This document shows positions 37,341 to 50,917 of a DNA stretch of 64,000 nucleotides, piece after piece; positions within the stretch are counted from its first letter, which is position 1; each line of letters begins with the position of its first letter. The notes beneath the pieces are model-generated. The model was not told the origin of the DNA. It did not search any database and saw nothing but the letters and a program-made list of their open reading frames with translations. A program made the position numbers and the translations under genes. This DNA comes from Chiloscyllium plagiosum (Eukaryota): assembly GCF_004010195.1 (NCBI RefSeq), contig NC_057720.1, positions 31,538,831 through 31,602,830 of the forward strand. The letters run 5' to 3'.

Positions 37341-37936
37341 AAAATTGTCCCTGCATATTCAGTTTGGATTTGAATCTAGTTTAGCTGGGTGGTTAGTATT
37401 CTAACTGGCTTCTTTCAGAGTTGCAAAGCAGTTCACTTTGAGAATTAATCATTTGTTGTTGTTCTTTAAAACAGGTACCAGTGAGCACAATTTAGTGTCT
37501 TGGTGTCTTGTCTGTGACCTTCCAAGTCTCATTCTTGTGCAAGATTAAGTTCCAGTTGGAGTGAGAATTGAGCTTTTACTTGTAGCATTTTCCTTTCAAA
37601 GACTGGAGACAATTCTGACATTCCACCTTGGAAACGTTGAAATCGTTCTGTGGAACAATTTATAAAAGCATTTAATTATTTTACAAGGGACTCTAGCCAT
37701 ATAAGGAAGAATTGCATGTGCAAAATCAGTGAGTGGTATCCATATTGTGGGTTTTGGTAAGCTTCCCATTGGTGTCCAGTTTGCCATTTTTCCACCAATT
37801 TTAAGATGATTGGCAAAAGATCTTTGTATTCTTGAGTGGTGAGATTCTGGAATGTCACTACCTGACTGGATCTCCCCTCATAATAATCATGATTTAGTTA
37901 AGTAAATTGATAATTATTTGAAGCAATAATGCTTGC

Positions 37937-38539
37937 AGTTATGGACCAGGCCAGACCCCCTCAAAGCATTTCACAAAAGTAGCCTGGAGCCTAACTTTGC
38001 TAGTTGTCTTAAGCAGGTGTAGCATGGATGTTCCAGGAGTGATGCAGTTCACCCAACCACTTGGTTTTAAACAAAACAGAATTTGTTTGCAAGATTACCA
38101 AATGAAACACAAAAGAGAACAGAATAACAACTTATCTGAAAACCCAACAGACTATCCCAATTTAATGATGCTGTTCAAAATGCTTATAACAAACCCTATA
38201 AATACTCCCTGGCAAAAACATAAAATCGAACACGGTCTTAAGAAGTGATGGCAGGGAGAGAGGCGGGGATCAGCATAGACCAGCTTTTTTGGGTCCAGAA
38301 GCTTCAAAACTTGACCTGCATCTCTGAACCCAAGCTAAACCAGAGAAAAGCTGAACTGGGAGAACGAGCCACTGCCCTTACATTGTGCAAGTTCTTTAAA
38401 ACTTGAATGTGGCAGTGTCTGTTAGCTGTAATCAAATTGGCCCTAAAACCCTTCAAGACCTCCTGGAGTCTCTGGGTTTACGATCCCTCTGAAAAAAACC
38501 AAGGAAACGCAACGTTGATAATGGAGTAGCATCATCACA
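37937..38539 (-). mobile_element. Possible solo LTR
   Basis: About 600-bp block reading TGTGATGATGC...GGTCCATAAC on the minus strand, LTR-like termini; no clear TSD. Confidence 0.35.
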
Positions 38540-38947
38540 CAATCTATGAGAAAAATTTCAGTACTTCTAGAAAGTGCCGTGAAACCTTTGTAAAATAAGA
38601 CCATAAGATATAGAGTGGTGAAGGACTTATACCAGGACTCTCCTGTTCCTAAGGTGCTGCCTGACCTGAAGTGCTTTTCCAGTTCTGTACGTATCAACTC
38701 TGATCTCCGGCATCTGTAATACTCTCATTCTCTCTCTCAAGGTATAGCAGCAGAATTAGGCCATTTGGCCCATCTTTAAGCTGTGCAATTCAATTCCTAG
38801 CTTATACGATCTGATTGACTATGATGCAGCCGTGATATTTGCTCAGAAAAGGCAAGATTGTTTTGGGTGCATCAAGTAAAGTGATTTGAATTGTTTTCAG
38901 TGGAGTGAAGCATGTCGTGTGTGAGAGAGAACTCTTTTTTTCTTAGT

Positions 38948-39160
38948 TAAAAAACACAACACCAGGTTATAGTCCAACAGGTTTAATTGGAAGCACACTA
39001 GCTTTCAGAGCATCACTTCTTCATCAAGTGATAGTCTATCACCTGATGAGGGAGCGACGCTCCAAAAGCTAGTGTGCTTCCAATTAAACCTGTTGGACTA
39101 TAACTGTGTTGTGTGGTTTTTAACTGTATACGCCAGCCCAATACCGGCATCTCCAAATCC
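38948..39160. mobile_element. Fold-back Penelope-LTR short element (family B) with hammerhead motif
   Basis: About 85-bp inverted arms plus about 35-nt tail; TSD TTTTTCTTAGT at 38937-38947 and 39161-39171; CAC-CTGATGA-G-GGAGC-GAC-GCTCC-(A)AAA-GC-TA-GTG at 39040-39074. Confidence 0.75.
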
Positions 39161-39972
39161 TTTTTCTTAGTGTTACTTTAGGTAAAGGAGTGGTCACCAT
39201 TTTGAAAGTTTCAATGATGAACCGTGAAATTGTGAAAACATGACTTAAGGAGGTCACGGACCTGGATGAGCATTTTAAAACTAAGTGATTAGCTTCATTG
39301 AGGAGAATGTGGGAATGGTAAATGCCACAGTCTTGAAGGGCTGGAGAACCTTGTTTTTCCAAAGTGTATTAGAATCTGAAGTCTGAAATGTAATAAATGA
39401 TTCAATTGTGACATTCAGAAAGGAATTTGATGTTTATTGTGCGATAGCGAACTAGTTTGTAATATCAGTGTATTCACTGATATGAAGCAAATCAGTAAAT
39501 TAGATTGTGAGTATCTTATTATACCAATATCTCAACACTAATTATTTTTTGCTAGACTGGACACCCAATAGACATAGCAGAAATTTGGTGCTTGTCCATT
39601 CAAAAATAAGTGAATCCTTAAGGTAAATTAGGTCTTAAACTTGTTAAGCATTTTACAGTGTTTCAGAATTTCTTTCTAAAATTAGGTGCTACTTCCAACA
39701 TATGGTTAAAACCTAAAAGACTTTAATGCAACATCCACTGAGCACTTAGGAAGGAAATTGACAAAAGTCATAAAATGTGCAGTACTTTTATTTTTTGAAG
39801 GATATTTGAATGCTGTTTATGGAACAACTGCAGGTCTGGCATCAAGGGGGTTGGGGGATTAGGAGGTACTAGCTTTCAGAGTGCTGCTCCTTCGCCAGGT
39901 AGCTAGTGGGGCAGGATCATAAGACAGAATTTATAGCACAAGACCGTAGTGTCATGCAACTGAAAGGATTTA

Positions 39973-40521
39973 GAGAGGAACCTTGATTATCTGAACAAGA
40001 TGGGCGGGCACTATTTTGTTTGGATAATTGATTATTCGGTTAATTGATTTCCTCTGGGGCTTTTTCTGTGATGTCTGCTCCCCATTCAAGAGACTAGGCA
40101 GCAGCACACTGCGCTAGCTCCTACCCCCACCCCAGGGCAGCTGGACTATACACCACAGTAAGACTGCTGCTGCCTTTGTGGGGTAAGTCTCCAAATAGCA
40201 CACACACACAACTTTACTGCAACTTTTTGACAGGTTTCACCTCTGCCTCGTACAGGACAATGTTAGATTATTGGGGGGGAGGAGGTACATTCCTATGTAG
40301 AACTCCAGGGAAAGTGTGTGGAGAGAGAGAGGGCGGGAGGTCAGTTATTTGGAGAAGGTGCCTGGACTGTCCAGGATGTTCTCGTTAGCATTTCAGTGAG
40401 CCGAGTTAGTTTTTAATCATTGTATCTGTAAACAAAAAACAGCTCTTTGACGTAATGTTTTAATCGGGACCTCTTGATCTCCTTCAGATAATCTGATATT
40501 CGGATAATCGAGGTTCCTCTC
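39973..40521. mobile_element. Tigger/pogo-like MITE, 549 bp
   Basis: TIRs GAGAGGAACCTTGATTATCTGAA and TTCGGATAATCGAGGTTCCTCTC; TA at 39971-39972 and 40522-40523; interrupts a family B repeat. Confidence 0.8.
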
Positions 40522-40609
40522 TATTGAACAAACAAAGACTGTTAAGTCTTTCATCTTTTAGAATGGGTTGCAGGTTTTGTTTCATTAATATGCTTCTTTC
40601 AAGGTAACC

Positions 40610-41455
40610 TCAGAGTACAATGGGATCTTGATCAGATGGGCCAATGGGTTGAGGAGTGACAGATGGTGTTTAATTTAGAGAAATGTGAGGTGCTGCAATT
40701 TGAAAAAGCAAATCAGAGCAGGACTTATACACTTAATGATAAGGTTCTACAGAGTTGCTGGACAAAGAGATTTTGGAGTGCAGGTTCATAATTCTTTGGA
40801 AGTAGAGATGCAGGTAGATAGGATAATGAAGGTGTTTGGTATGCTTTTATTTGTCAGAGCTTTGAGTACAGGATTTGGGAGGTCATTGCAGCTGTACGGG
40901 ACATTGGTTAGGCCACTTTTGGAATATTGCATGCAATTCTAATCTTCCAATTTGAAAGGATGTTGTGAAATTTAAATGGGTTCAGAAAAGATTTACAAGG
41001 ATGTGGCTAGGGTCGGAAGATTTGAGCTATGGAGAAGCGATGAAATAGCTGAGACTTTTTCCCTGGAGCGTCGGATACTGAGTGGTGACCTCGTAGAAGT
41101 TTATAAAATCATGAGTATGGATAGGATAATTGGCAAAGTATTTTCCCTGGGGTGGGGGAGTCCAGAACTAGAGGGCATAGGTTTAGGGTGAGAGGGGAAA
41201 GATATAAAAGGGATCACAGGGGTAACTTTTTCATGCAAAGGGTGGTGTGTGCATGGAATGGGCTGCCAGGGGAAGTGGTGGAGGCTGATACAATTACAGC
41301 ATTTAACAGGCATCTGGTTGGGTATATGAATAGGAAAGGTTTAAAGAGATATGGGCCAAGTGTTGGCAAATGGGACTAGATTAAGTTAGGACAACTGATC
41401 AGCATGGACAAGTTGGACCGATGGGTCTGTTTCCGTGTTGTACGTCTCTATGACA
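40610..41455 (+). mobile_element. CR1 LINE 3' fragment
   Basis: LQLYGTLVRPLLEYCMQF, ESRTRGHRFRVRGERY, QRVVCAWNGLP and CR1 tail. Confidence 0.85.
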
Positions 41456-41679
41456 TTTCCAAGATAAGATTTTATTTTTTAAAAGTGGCATATCAGCTCA
41501 GGCAATGCGTTAAAGGTGTGAGGTTAAAGTCTGTATGTATTCCAGACTTGAATCAGACTGGTTCTATTTCAAAAGTAGGAATTTAGAGAGTGTCATTTGA
41601 ATTGACTGCCTGCAGGTTGTGTGCTCTTTGAGCAAAATAGAATGTATCTGCAAATGCAAATTCACCCCGTAGATATATG

Positions 41680-42095
41680 TATGTTCTGGATGTAGGTTTG
41701 CTCGCTGAGCTGGAAGGTTCATTTTAAGATGTTTCATCATCATACTAGGTAACATCATCAGTGAGCCTCCAGATGAAGCACTGATGATATGACCTGCTTT
41801 CCATTTATGTGTTTAGGTTTCCTTGGGTTGGTGACATAATTTCTTGTTCTTTTTCTCAGGGGGTAGTAAATTGGTATCCTACCTCATCCATATGTAGGAA
41901 TACTAGTGAGAGTGGGTCATGTCTTTTTGATGTACATGTATCCTGGTGGCTAGTTTTCTGCCCGTTTGTCCAATGTAGTGTTTTTTTACGGTTCTTGCAA
42001 GGTATTTTGTAAATAACACTGGTTTTGCTTGTTGTCTGTATAGGGTCTTTCAAGTTCATTAGCTTCTGTTTTAGTGTGTTGGCTACCATGATGCC
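41680..42095 (-). mobile_element. Penelope-like GIY-YIG/pLTR fragment
   Basis: NTLKQKLMNLKDPI..SVIYKIPC (VIY motif); pLTR with CTGATGA...GAAAC at 41725-41764 (minus). Confidence 0.7.
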
Positions 42096-42097
42096 AG

Positions 42098-44890
42098 GAG
42101 TCATAGAGATGTACAGCACAGAAACAGACCCTTCAGTCCAACTTGTCCATGCCGAAGAGATATCCCAACACAATCTAGTCCCACTTGCCAGCACCTGGCC
42201 TACATCCCTCCAAACCCTTCCTATTTATATACCCATCCAGAAGCCTTTTAAACATTGCAATTGTACTAGCCTCCACTACTTCCTCTGGTAGCTTATTCAA
42301 TACATGTACCATCCTCTGCATGGAAAAGGTTGCCCCTTAGGTCTCTTATATCTTTCCCTTCTCACCCTAAACCTATGCCTTCTAGTTCTGGACTCCCTGA
42401 CCCCAGGGAAAATACCATGTCTATTTATCCTATCCATGCCCCTCATGATTTTATTAAGCTCCATAAAAGGTCACCCATCAGCCTCCAACACTCCAGGGAA
42501 AACAGCCCCAACCTATTCAGCCTCTCCCTATAGCTCAAATCCTCCAACCCTGGCAACATCCTTGTAAATCTTTTCTGAATCTTTTCAGTTTCACAACATC
42601 TTTCCGATAGGAAGGAGACTAGAATCGCATGCAATACTCCAACAGTGGCCAAACCAATGTCCTGTACAGCCGCAACATGACCTCCCAACTCCTATACTCA
42701 ATACTGTGACCGATAAAGGAAAGCATACCAAACGCCTTCTTCACTATCCTATCTACCTGCAACTCCACTTCTAAGGAGCTATGAACCTGCACTCCAAAGT
42801 CTCTTTGTTCAGCAGCACTCTCTAAGACCTTACCCTTAAGTGTATAAGTCCTGCTAAGATTTGCTTTGCAAAAATGCAGCACCTCACATTTATCTAAATT
42901 AAACTCTTATCTGCCAATCATCAGCCCACTTGCCCATCTTCCTGTTGTAATCTGAGGAAACCTTCACTGTCTACTACACCTCCAATTTTGGATTCATCTG
43001 CAAACTTACTAACTATACATCTTATTTCCACATTCAAATCATTTATATAAATGACCAAACGTAGTGGAGCCAGAATGATCGTTGTGGCACTCCACTGGTC
43101 ACAAGCCTCCAGTCTGAAAAACAACCCTCCACCACCCTCTCTTCTACCTTTGAGCCAGTTCTTTATTCAAATGGTTAGTTCTCCCTGTATTCCGTGAGAT
43201 CTACCCTTGCTAACCAGTCTCCCATGGGGAACCTTGTCGAACATCTTCCCGAATTCCATATACATCCTGTCTATTGCTCTGCCCTCATCAATCCTCTTTA
43301 TTATTTCTTCAAAGAATGTAATCAAGTTCGTGAGACATGATTTCCCACGCATAAAGCGTTGACTATCCCTAATCAGTCCTTGCCTTTCCAAATACATGTA
43401 CATCCTGTCCCTCAGGATTCCTCCACCGTCATCAAGCTCACCAGTCTACAGTTCCTTGGCTTGTCCTTACCACCTTTCTTAAAATAGTGGCACCTCACCT
43501 GTGACTATTGGTACTACAAATATCTCAGCAAGGGAACCAGCAATCACTTTCCTTGCTTCCCACGGAGTTCTCGGGTATACCTGATCAGGTCCTGCTGATT
43601 TATCCATTTATACATTTCAAGACATCCAGCACTTCCTCCTCTGTAGTATGGACATTTTTCAAGCTGTCACCATTTATTTCCCTACATTCTGTATCATCCA
43701 TGTCCTTCTCCACAGTAAGCATTGATGCAAAATACTCATTTAGTATCTCCTGCGGCTCCACACAAAGGCTGCCTTGCTGATCTTTGAGGGGCCCTATTCT
43801 CTCCATAGTTACCCTTTTGTCCTTAATGTATTTGTAAAAACCCTTTGGATTCTCCTCAACCCTATTTGCCAAAGCTATCTCATGTCCCTTTATCTCCCTC
43901 CTGATTTCCCTCTTAAGTATACTCCTACTGCCTATAGATTTTAAGTGTTCACTCGATCTATCCTGTTTATACTTGACATATGCTTCCTTTTTCTCCAAAC
44001 CCTCAATTTCTCTAGTCATCTAGCATTCCCTACACCTACCAACCATTCCTTTCATCTTAACATGAACATACTGTCTCTGGACTCTCATTATCTCGTTTCT
44101 GAAGGCTTTCCATTTTCCAGCTGTCCCTTTACCTGCAAACATCTGCCCACAATCTGCTTTTGAAAGCTCTTGCCTAATAATGTCAAACTTCGGAATTCAC
44201 TTTTAGATCTGGTCCATACTTTTCCATCGCTATTTTAAAACTAATAGAATTATTGTCGCTGACCCCAAAGTGCTCATCCACTGACATTTCAGTCACCTGC
44301 CCTGCCTTATTTCCCAAGAGTATGTCAAGTTTTGCACCTTCTCTAGTAGGTACATCCACATACTGAAGAGAAACTTTTCTTGTACACACTTAACAAATTC
44401 CTCTCCATCTAAACCCTTAACACTATGGCAATCCCAGTCTTATGTTTTTAATGTTAATATCCCCTACCATAACCACCCTATTATTCTTTTAAATAACTGT
44501 GATCTCTTTACAAGTTTGTTTCTCAATTTCCCTCTGACTGTTAGGGGGTCTATAATACAATCCCAGTAAGATGACCATCCCTTTCTTATTTCTCAGTTCC
44601 ACCCAAATAACTTCCCTGGATGTATTTCCGCGAATATCCTCCCTCAGCGCAGCTCTAATGCTATCCCTTATCAAAAATGCCACACACACACACACCCCAC
44701 CTCTCTCTTGCCTCCCTTTCTGTCCTTCCTGTAGCATTTGTATCTGGAACATTAAGTTGCCAGTCTTGTCCATCCCTGAGCCATGTTTCGGTAGTTGCTA
44801 TGATATCCCCGTCCCATGTTCCTAACCATGCCCCCAGTTCATCTGCCTTCCCTGTTAGACCTCTTACATTGAAATAAATGCAGTTTAATT
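42098..44890 (-). mobile_element. Long CR1 LINE (endonuclease + RT ORF2, disrupted)
   Basis: APE motifs (LLGLYYRPPNS, PTREGAKLDILL) and RT motifs (KSCLTNLI.FFEE, FDKVPHG, SKFADESKIG), then the 3' tail. Confidence 0.9.
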
Positions 44891-46139
44891 TATCAGTACA
44901 TTTGACTTTTCAAAAAGGTATAAAGGGGAAATCATGTTTGTACATGAGATGCTACAAATGACCGCAAAGCAGCAACTAGGAGATATTTAAAAACTTTGCG
45001 TTATTTCCATGGTTCATGATTTCCTCGGCCAAGAACCTATTTTTCTTCTTAATGCAAAGCATATGGGTCAATTATCACCACATTTGTCATAAAGTATTTC
45101 TGATCCATACATACTTTGAGAAATTATTAACTATAGAAATGACTCAGTTTCATTTAACTGAAAAAAATCCATATTCAATACTAGAAAGTCAATTAGTCCA
45201 CAGTTTATTTTGAAAACTAGCAGGTATTGGAGAATGAACATTATGAATTTTTGTAGAAATTGTGAAACCAATTAGATCCAAACCTTTTTAAAACAAAGGT
45301 GCGATATGAATTAAAACTTAAGACTTAGTTTAAAAACCCACTTGGATACATAATGTTAAAAAAGCCCCATTTATATACAGCATTGAAAATAGTTTATAAA
45401 TAGTCTTGTTAAATCAGACTTAATACTTACACTTCCCCAACATTTTTTTAAAAATAAATGTTGGAAGTCACAATAGATTGGCTCAACCAGAAACAAAATG
45501 TAATCATTCAGCAAATGTCTGAATGTGCCTAATATTGACTGATATTTAGCACAACTGCACCTTTAACTCAAGCTGAATTGAAGAAAAGCAAAATACTGCA
45601 GAATCTGGAAATATAAAATAAGAACTGAAAATGTTATTCTATTATAATTTTACTGATTCCCCACCCAGCCCCTCCAAAAATGTATTTTTTCACATTTATT
45701 ATTTTAAAAAACATTTTGAAATAAAAACTCTTAATAAATTTGCACTTTAAAACATTATGGAACTGAGGAAAGAAATCATTTAAGTCGATATACATGTTCA
45801 TCCTTAGTTCTAGTTAATTTGAGGTACCAAATCATAATTACTTCACCCTACTAAACTCAGCCTAGATATTCATTTTAAAATTATTGCAGGAGCTTCAAAA
45901 AGAAAAATGGGTGTCAATAAGAATTGAGGTGGTCATTTAGCTGAAATGGTTATTTTGTGACACAGAGGGATGTGAACTGCATGGGTTCAAATCCCACACC
46001 AGCTGAGGTTTGCCACAAAGGTCGCACCTTCTCAATCTCACCCCTCTCAGGGTGACCTTTGCTTTAGCCACAGCTCTCCAATGGGACAGCAGCCCTAAGG
46101 CCCAGTAAGACTATGGCAATTTAACCATTATAGGAATCA

Positions 46140-47750
46140 TGTAAATGTCCTCAGGTCTGCCAACAATGAGTTTAATTTTTTTTTAAATGGTTACTTGGAG
46201 GGGGTATCATGGAGCCAAGTACATCCAGAATCAGCAGTTTCTGCAAATAAGTGAAACTTGATTTGAGCAAACTTAGACCAAAGAGCCAATTTCCAAAAGG
46301 TGAGAATGAGACAAGAATGATTGCCTTTGACATCAAGACAGCTATTGACGCTGAGTGACAGAGTGCAGCATTAAGGAATCCTAGCATTATTGAACTTAAA
46401 GAAATTGGGAGAAAACTCTTCACTGGCTGAAATCATAAGCACAAAACACTGTGCTTGTAGCTACTGGAGTCCAAGCACCTCAGTTCGAAGCCATCATTGC
46501 TGAAGTTAGGTCCAATAATCTTCAGCTGCAACATCCCTCCAGAATAAAATTTCAGAAATGTAAATGGTCACTGATGGCACTAGGAGTTAAAGGTAGTCCA
46601 TTTGTTTCTTTGAGCTTGCTCTGATATTCAATAAGGTCAAGGCTGATCTGGGGTCTCAACGTTTTCTAACTGTTCCCTATTGTCTTCTGTCTATTAAAAA
46701 CCTGATTTGGCCAAATGATTTCAATAACCCAATTTATGTTTCCAAGGGAAAATTCCACAGGCTAATAGTCCTCAGAAAAATTGTTTCACAGTGTTCGATG
46801 CAGAATTCACAACTTCTCAGATGTTGAAGCAATCACTAGACTAGCATAATATTCCAGCTTAGTTGAAAAAAATGACAACAACATTCAACAGTAAAAGTGC
46901 TGAGAAATGACCATTTCGAACAAGAAAGAAAACCCAGCATTTTCCCTTGACAATCAACAGCATTACCATCAGAATCCCCACAACTAAACTCTAGGGGGTT
47001 ACTAGCACCGAGGAAATTAAATTGGATCAGCCACATAAATTTTGCGGCTATAAGCAAGCTAAACTGTGAGATTGCAGATCCACAATCAGCATGGCAATGC
47101 CATTCACTGCATTGACTTCCAATTTTGTAGAAGAAAGAAACATTGGTGTGAACACTGGCTACAAGTGCAAGTCAGATAGGAATGCTGCAGTGAATGACTT
47201 ACTTCCCAAACTTATCCACATTTAAAAAGTCACAAATCAGATGTGTCACAGAATTCTCCACTCTACACTTGTCTGGAAGAGTGCAATTTAAACAAGACCA
47301 GAGATTAAACAAGACCTAGAGAGGATAAAGCAACTTCTTTGTTCAGTACCCCATCTACCACCTCAAATGCTTACTCCCTCCTTTACACAGTGACAGCAGT
47401 GTCTACAATCTACAAACTATCTACACTATAATACTATTATAGTATGGAGATACAGAAATAGTATCAACAATACATTGATGAACTTTCCAAAGCACCTTCC
47501 AAACAAAGCTCTACTACATAAAAAGGATAACAGACATATGGGAACATCATCTCTTCTCAAATTATTTTCCAAGTCACACAATTCTGATTGAGAACAATGC
47601 TTCCTTTCCTTCATTATCACTGTCTTAACAGTCTGGAACTCACTTCCTAAAAAGCTGTGAGTGTACCTAGACAAGATCTACAGCAGTTAAAGAAAGGAGT
47701 TCATCATTTTACCAGAAGCAATAAATATTGGCTGTTAGCAATACTCCCAT
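46140..47750 (+). mobile_element. Old decayed L2/CR1-group LINE
   Basis: IAFDIKTAID (degenerate ALDIKAAFD RT motif) near 46320-46350; limits approximate. Confidence 0.45.
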
Positions 47751-48889
47751 CAGTCAACAAATATGAAACAACATTCCTTGTTACATGGTATCAAAAGCCC
47801 AGTTGACAATAGAAAGAGGGGTTCCTGCACTGAAATTGGTAGACATCTCAAGACACAGAAGTTCTGGATTCACAATACCACTTCAGATAGTGGAGCAAAC
47901 AATCAAAGTTGGCATCAATGGAGTACAACACTGTCATATATACCCATTCAAATGAATGTAAACAGAAACAAGACCACATTCCTCATGCCCCCTCAATCTT
48001 CCCAATCTGCGGGCAGATAATCCTTTCATGCTAGCCAGAGAGGAAAGTTATCAAATGCATTGCCACTTCATCTCTCAACCAACATCTAAAACAGATTATA
48101 TTCTTTCATTGCAGTATACAGAACCTGATTACCACATTTCCATATTAGAATAATTACCTAATTTCAAAAGTACTTTAGTGGCATAAAATCCTTTGAGCCT
48201 CACAAGGTCATGGAAAGTGCTGTAGAAATTCAAAATTTAACAGTGCTTGAGAGATGTATTTAATAAATACCTAATCGTTCAGGAGAACTACGAGGTGTGT
48301 GTGTGGGGTGGCGGGGGCGGTGGAGTGTGGAGGTACCAATGGAGAGAGAAGTAGAAGATCTTGTCACGTAGGGAGCAGCAATCTAAGATATTGTAAATGC
48401 CTCAAATACAAGAAAAGTATGGCCTTGTCAGCCCTCCCCTCCAACCTGTTCTTCCCTCAATGGAGCCATTCCTGTAAAACGCCGCCAACGGAAATTCAGA
48501 CAGAGGCTCTCCAATCACTTCGAATCAGTTTGATCCCTGATTGGGAATTGCAGAAAGTTAAAACCGTATATTATTAACAGAGGAAGAGGGCTTGCAAGCC
48601 GCACTGAGACTTCAATACTTCCTCCCCACCACTTGGGATTCACATCAGCGTAGGAGCGGCCTGTGAAAGGAGAGGAGATTGCGGAGAAGAAGGCAGCCAT
48701 TACACCGATCGCCAGTTATTAATATTCATCCATATGTGTGTGTCACAGCTCAATGTATGGACACATGTGCCTGTACTTTGTTTTCTATCTCAGACAGTTG
48801 GTGCCCGCTGCTCTCCCACTCTGCTCTTGGCCATTGCTTCTCTAGTCTGAGGTCTGAGATAGTCTGGCAGTCATTTCTGAGATGTCTTT

Positions 48890-50385
48890 GATGTAGGGGA
48901 GAGTGGCTTGGGTTTCAGAACATGTTTTGTTTGCATCTTTGGGTTTGTTGCTGAAAGATTGGTGGACTGTGTTCATTGGGTACCTGTTGTATAGGTGATT
49001 TTCCTCTGCTCTTCGTAGTTCCTCGGTACTGCAGTGTGTGGTGGCTCATTGAAATAACATTCTAGTACACCTTCGTTTGTGGGTGTTGGGATGATTGCTT
49101 CTGTAGTTCAATATTTGGTCCATATGTATTGTTTTCTTGTAGACGCTGGTTTGAAGTTTCCCATTGGCTGTTCTCTGTATTGCAACATCTAGGAATGGCA
49201 GTTTGGTGTTGTTTTCTTTCTCTTTAGTGAATTTTATGCCAGTAAGGGTATTATTGATTGTCTTGAAGGTTTCCTCTAATTTGTTTTGTTTAGTGATGAC
49301 AAAGGTGTCATTCATCCACGTAGCAGACCCAAAGTTTGGGTTGGATGGTTAGCAGAGCTGTTTGTTCGAGTCTCTGCATTACTGCCTCTGGTAAGAACCG
49401 TGATATTGAAGATCCCATGGGTGTTCTGTTGGTTTGTCTGTAGGTTTTGTTGTTGAAGGTGAAGTGGATGGTAAGGCATAGGTCCACTAGCTTGATAATA
49501 CTGTCCTTGCTGATGAAGTTGGTGGTGTTTGGTATGGCGTATGTGTCATTTGGGTCTTCTAATAGTGTAGGCAGTGTTTCCTTGGCCAGGTTAATTGTTG
49601 ATGGACGTCTACAGGGCTGTTACGTCAAAGGAGACCATTACTTCATCCTCTTCTATCTTGGTGTCTTTGATGGTCTTCAGAAATTTTTGAGTGGAATGGA
49701 TGGAGTTGTGTGAGTCTTCTATTAAGTGTTTTAGTCTTTGGTGTAGCTCCTTGGCTAATATGTAACTTGATGTTCCAGATAATGAGACTATGGGTCTGAG
49801 GGGGGGCTTCTGGTTTGTGAATTTTGGGTAATCTGTAGAAGCATGGTATATTGGATCCATCTGGTTTCATTTATTTATTTCTCCAGATTTCTGAAGTTTT
49901 TTGAGTAGGGTTGTGATTCGGTTCACTAGTTATGGGGTCGAGTCTATCATCACTTGTTGGTAAGTGTTGGTATCTGCAAGTAATGAATTCACTTTCTCAA
50001 TGTAGTCTCTTTGATTTAAAATGACTGTCAAGCGTCCTTTGTCTGCAGGTAGGATAACAATGTTTTTATCTTTTTTTAATTTTTCTAGTGCTTTCCTTTC
50101 TTGTGTATTGAGTGTGTTTCCTTCCTTTTTCCTGCTGAATGTTGGTGCGACTGTCTGTCTGATGGTTTGCTGGGTTTGTTATGTGAGTTGGTTGTCTTTC
50201 AGTGTTGTTTGTAATGCTGATAAGAAATCTTTCTTGTCTGCGTTCTGGAAGTTGGAATTTAATCCTCTTACTAAGATGGCTTTTTCAGTGTCTGTTAAGG
50301 GTTGGTCAGATAAGTTTTTTTTATCCATGCTTCTGTGATGTCTGTGTTGTTATTTTAAGTAAGTTTGTTGAGTTTTTTCTGCAGG
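48890..50385 (-). mobile_element. Penelope-like element RT region
   Basis: FYRLPKIHKP, PLRPIVS, MVSFDVTAL, PMGS, DTFVI and LPFLDV motifs on the minus strand, frameshifted. Confidence 0.85.
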
Positions 50386-50917
50386 TCTAGTCCTGCAACC
50401 CATTCTAAAAGGTGAAAAACTTATATTCTAGGCATTTTCAATATATCGTGTCAGTTGCATTACAATATGAGCTTGTGCTATACATTCTGTGTCTTGTGAA
50501 CCTGCCACACCAGCTACCTGATGAAGAAGCAGCACTCCGAAAGCTTGTACTTCTAAATAAACCTGTTGGATTATAGCCTGGTGTTGACTGCTTTCTCTCT
50601 GCAGACATGCTGAATTTCTCCAACAATGTCTTTTTTTTGGAACAAACTGCGGCTGCTAGAAATTTGAAATTACAACAATCCCCACACTCCCCTTTGGGGA
50701 AATCAAAATAATTGCATTTAAATAATATTTATTTTGGTGTTGTGGGAAAATCAGGGGGTTTGAAATTCTTAACAGAGGAGGAAGTAGAATATGAGGAAAT
50801 TAATGTAATGGTCAGCATGGGTTTCAATGGTGAATAATTGATTGATCAAATTTAATTGTTCTTAAATGGTTAACAGTAGTATGCAAAAGATGTTATTTAG
50901 ATTTTCAAATTCACAGA

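Noticed and set aside
48515..48700. CpG-containing minus-strand ORF MAAFFSAISSPF...
   Set aside because: No recognisable homology, promoter context or consistent splice partners; probably repeat-derived.
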